DNA from: a virus
Reading direction: 5' to 3' (one strand)
Virus record (IMG/VR): IMGVR_UViG_3300024259_002152
Location: 286,867 to 350,866 of that record
DNA: 64,000 nucleotides
In this document: in pieces, positions 63,824 through 64,000 of the stretch
How the letters are laid out: each line of letters begins with the position of its first letter
Position numbering within the stretch: the first letter of the stretch is position 1
Position numbers and translations under genes: made by a program
Notes under the pieces: model-generated
The model's database searches: none
What the model was told of the DNA's origin: nothing
The model's input: the letters and a program-made list of their open reading frames with translations, nothing else

Positions 63824-64000
63824 TGCTTAATATAGCCTTAACGACAATATGTTTTGTGATAGCAGTAGCAACTACTTCCAGGGTTTATCATATGGCGATG
63901 AATAAAATAGAGGCTAGTGAAGCTACAGTAGGTATTTTATTATTCTCTTGGGGAGCATTTATGTTCTTATTTCTATTCTGTTTCAAGGTATGGTTATCAT
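63824..64000 (+). CDS. membrane protein, 5' part (runs past window end)
   Basis: MLNIALTTICFVIAV... Confidence 0.35.

Noticed and set aside
1-64000. CRISPR arrays
   Set aside because: No CRISPR-like array found; the only regular short repeats are the promoter boxes, which sit at gene starts rather than as a spaced tandem array.

Overview
The window is a strand-polarised (all convincing genes on +), AT-rich (~35% GC) segment of a large virulent dsDNA bacteriophage. All calls below are from reading the sequence and ORF translations only; no database search or tRNA-finding program was run.

Main content, in order:
- 1-2.7 kb: a putative RNA-repair group. It has the 3' part of an RNA/DNA-ligase-family gene (cut by the window edge), an ADP-ribosylglycohydrolase and a metallophosphoesterase. 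A T4-Pnk-like polynucleotide kinase/phosphatase sits separately at 27.5 kb.
- 2.8-5.5 kb: a large beta-helix tail fibre/tailspike.
- 8.3-13.7 kb: a restriction-modification-like cluster (beta-class MTase, Mrr-like nuclease, DEAH helicase, two complementary MTase fragments), with a DGQHR-like protein at 15.7 kb.
- 14-40 kb: a long run of small early-type genes. These include a PTS HPr homologue, a stand-alone ClpC N-domain protein, a prepilin-like peptide, a nucleoside hydrolase and a RecA-like ATPase.
- 41.0-51.2 kb: a tRNA island. I fold 31 tRNA genes by hand, covering all 20 amino-acid specificities, and leave several atypical or pseudo-tRNAs unresolved. The island also holds two HNH homing endonucleases, a cold-shock protein and a SAM methyltransferase. 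It contains a previously unnoticed family of tRNA-like repeat elements (T-arm, closed acceptor hairpin and D-arm arranged in permuted order).
- 52-64 kb: a GHKL-ATPase/HExxH fusion protein, an SPFH-like protein, a bona fide WGR-PARP homologue, a LAGLIDADG homing endonuclease and a TARG1-like macro domain.

Regulatory signals:
- About 24 copies of a phage-specific promoter box, TTCCAGACAA, placed 17 bp upstream of a -10 element.
- Three near-consensus sigma70 promoters.
- At least nine rho-independent terminators.
- A conserved leader cassette, GGAGAAATAAAATG.

The most notable observation is a dispersed ADP-ribosylation toolkit: a PARP writer, macro and ARH erasers, and a nucleoside hydrolase.
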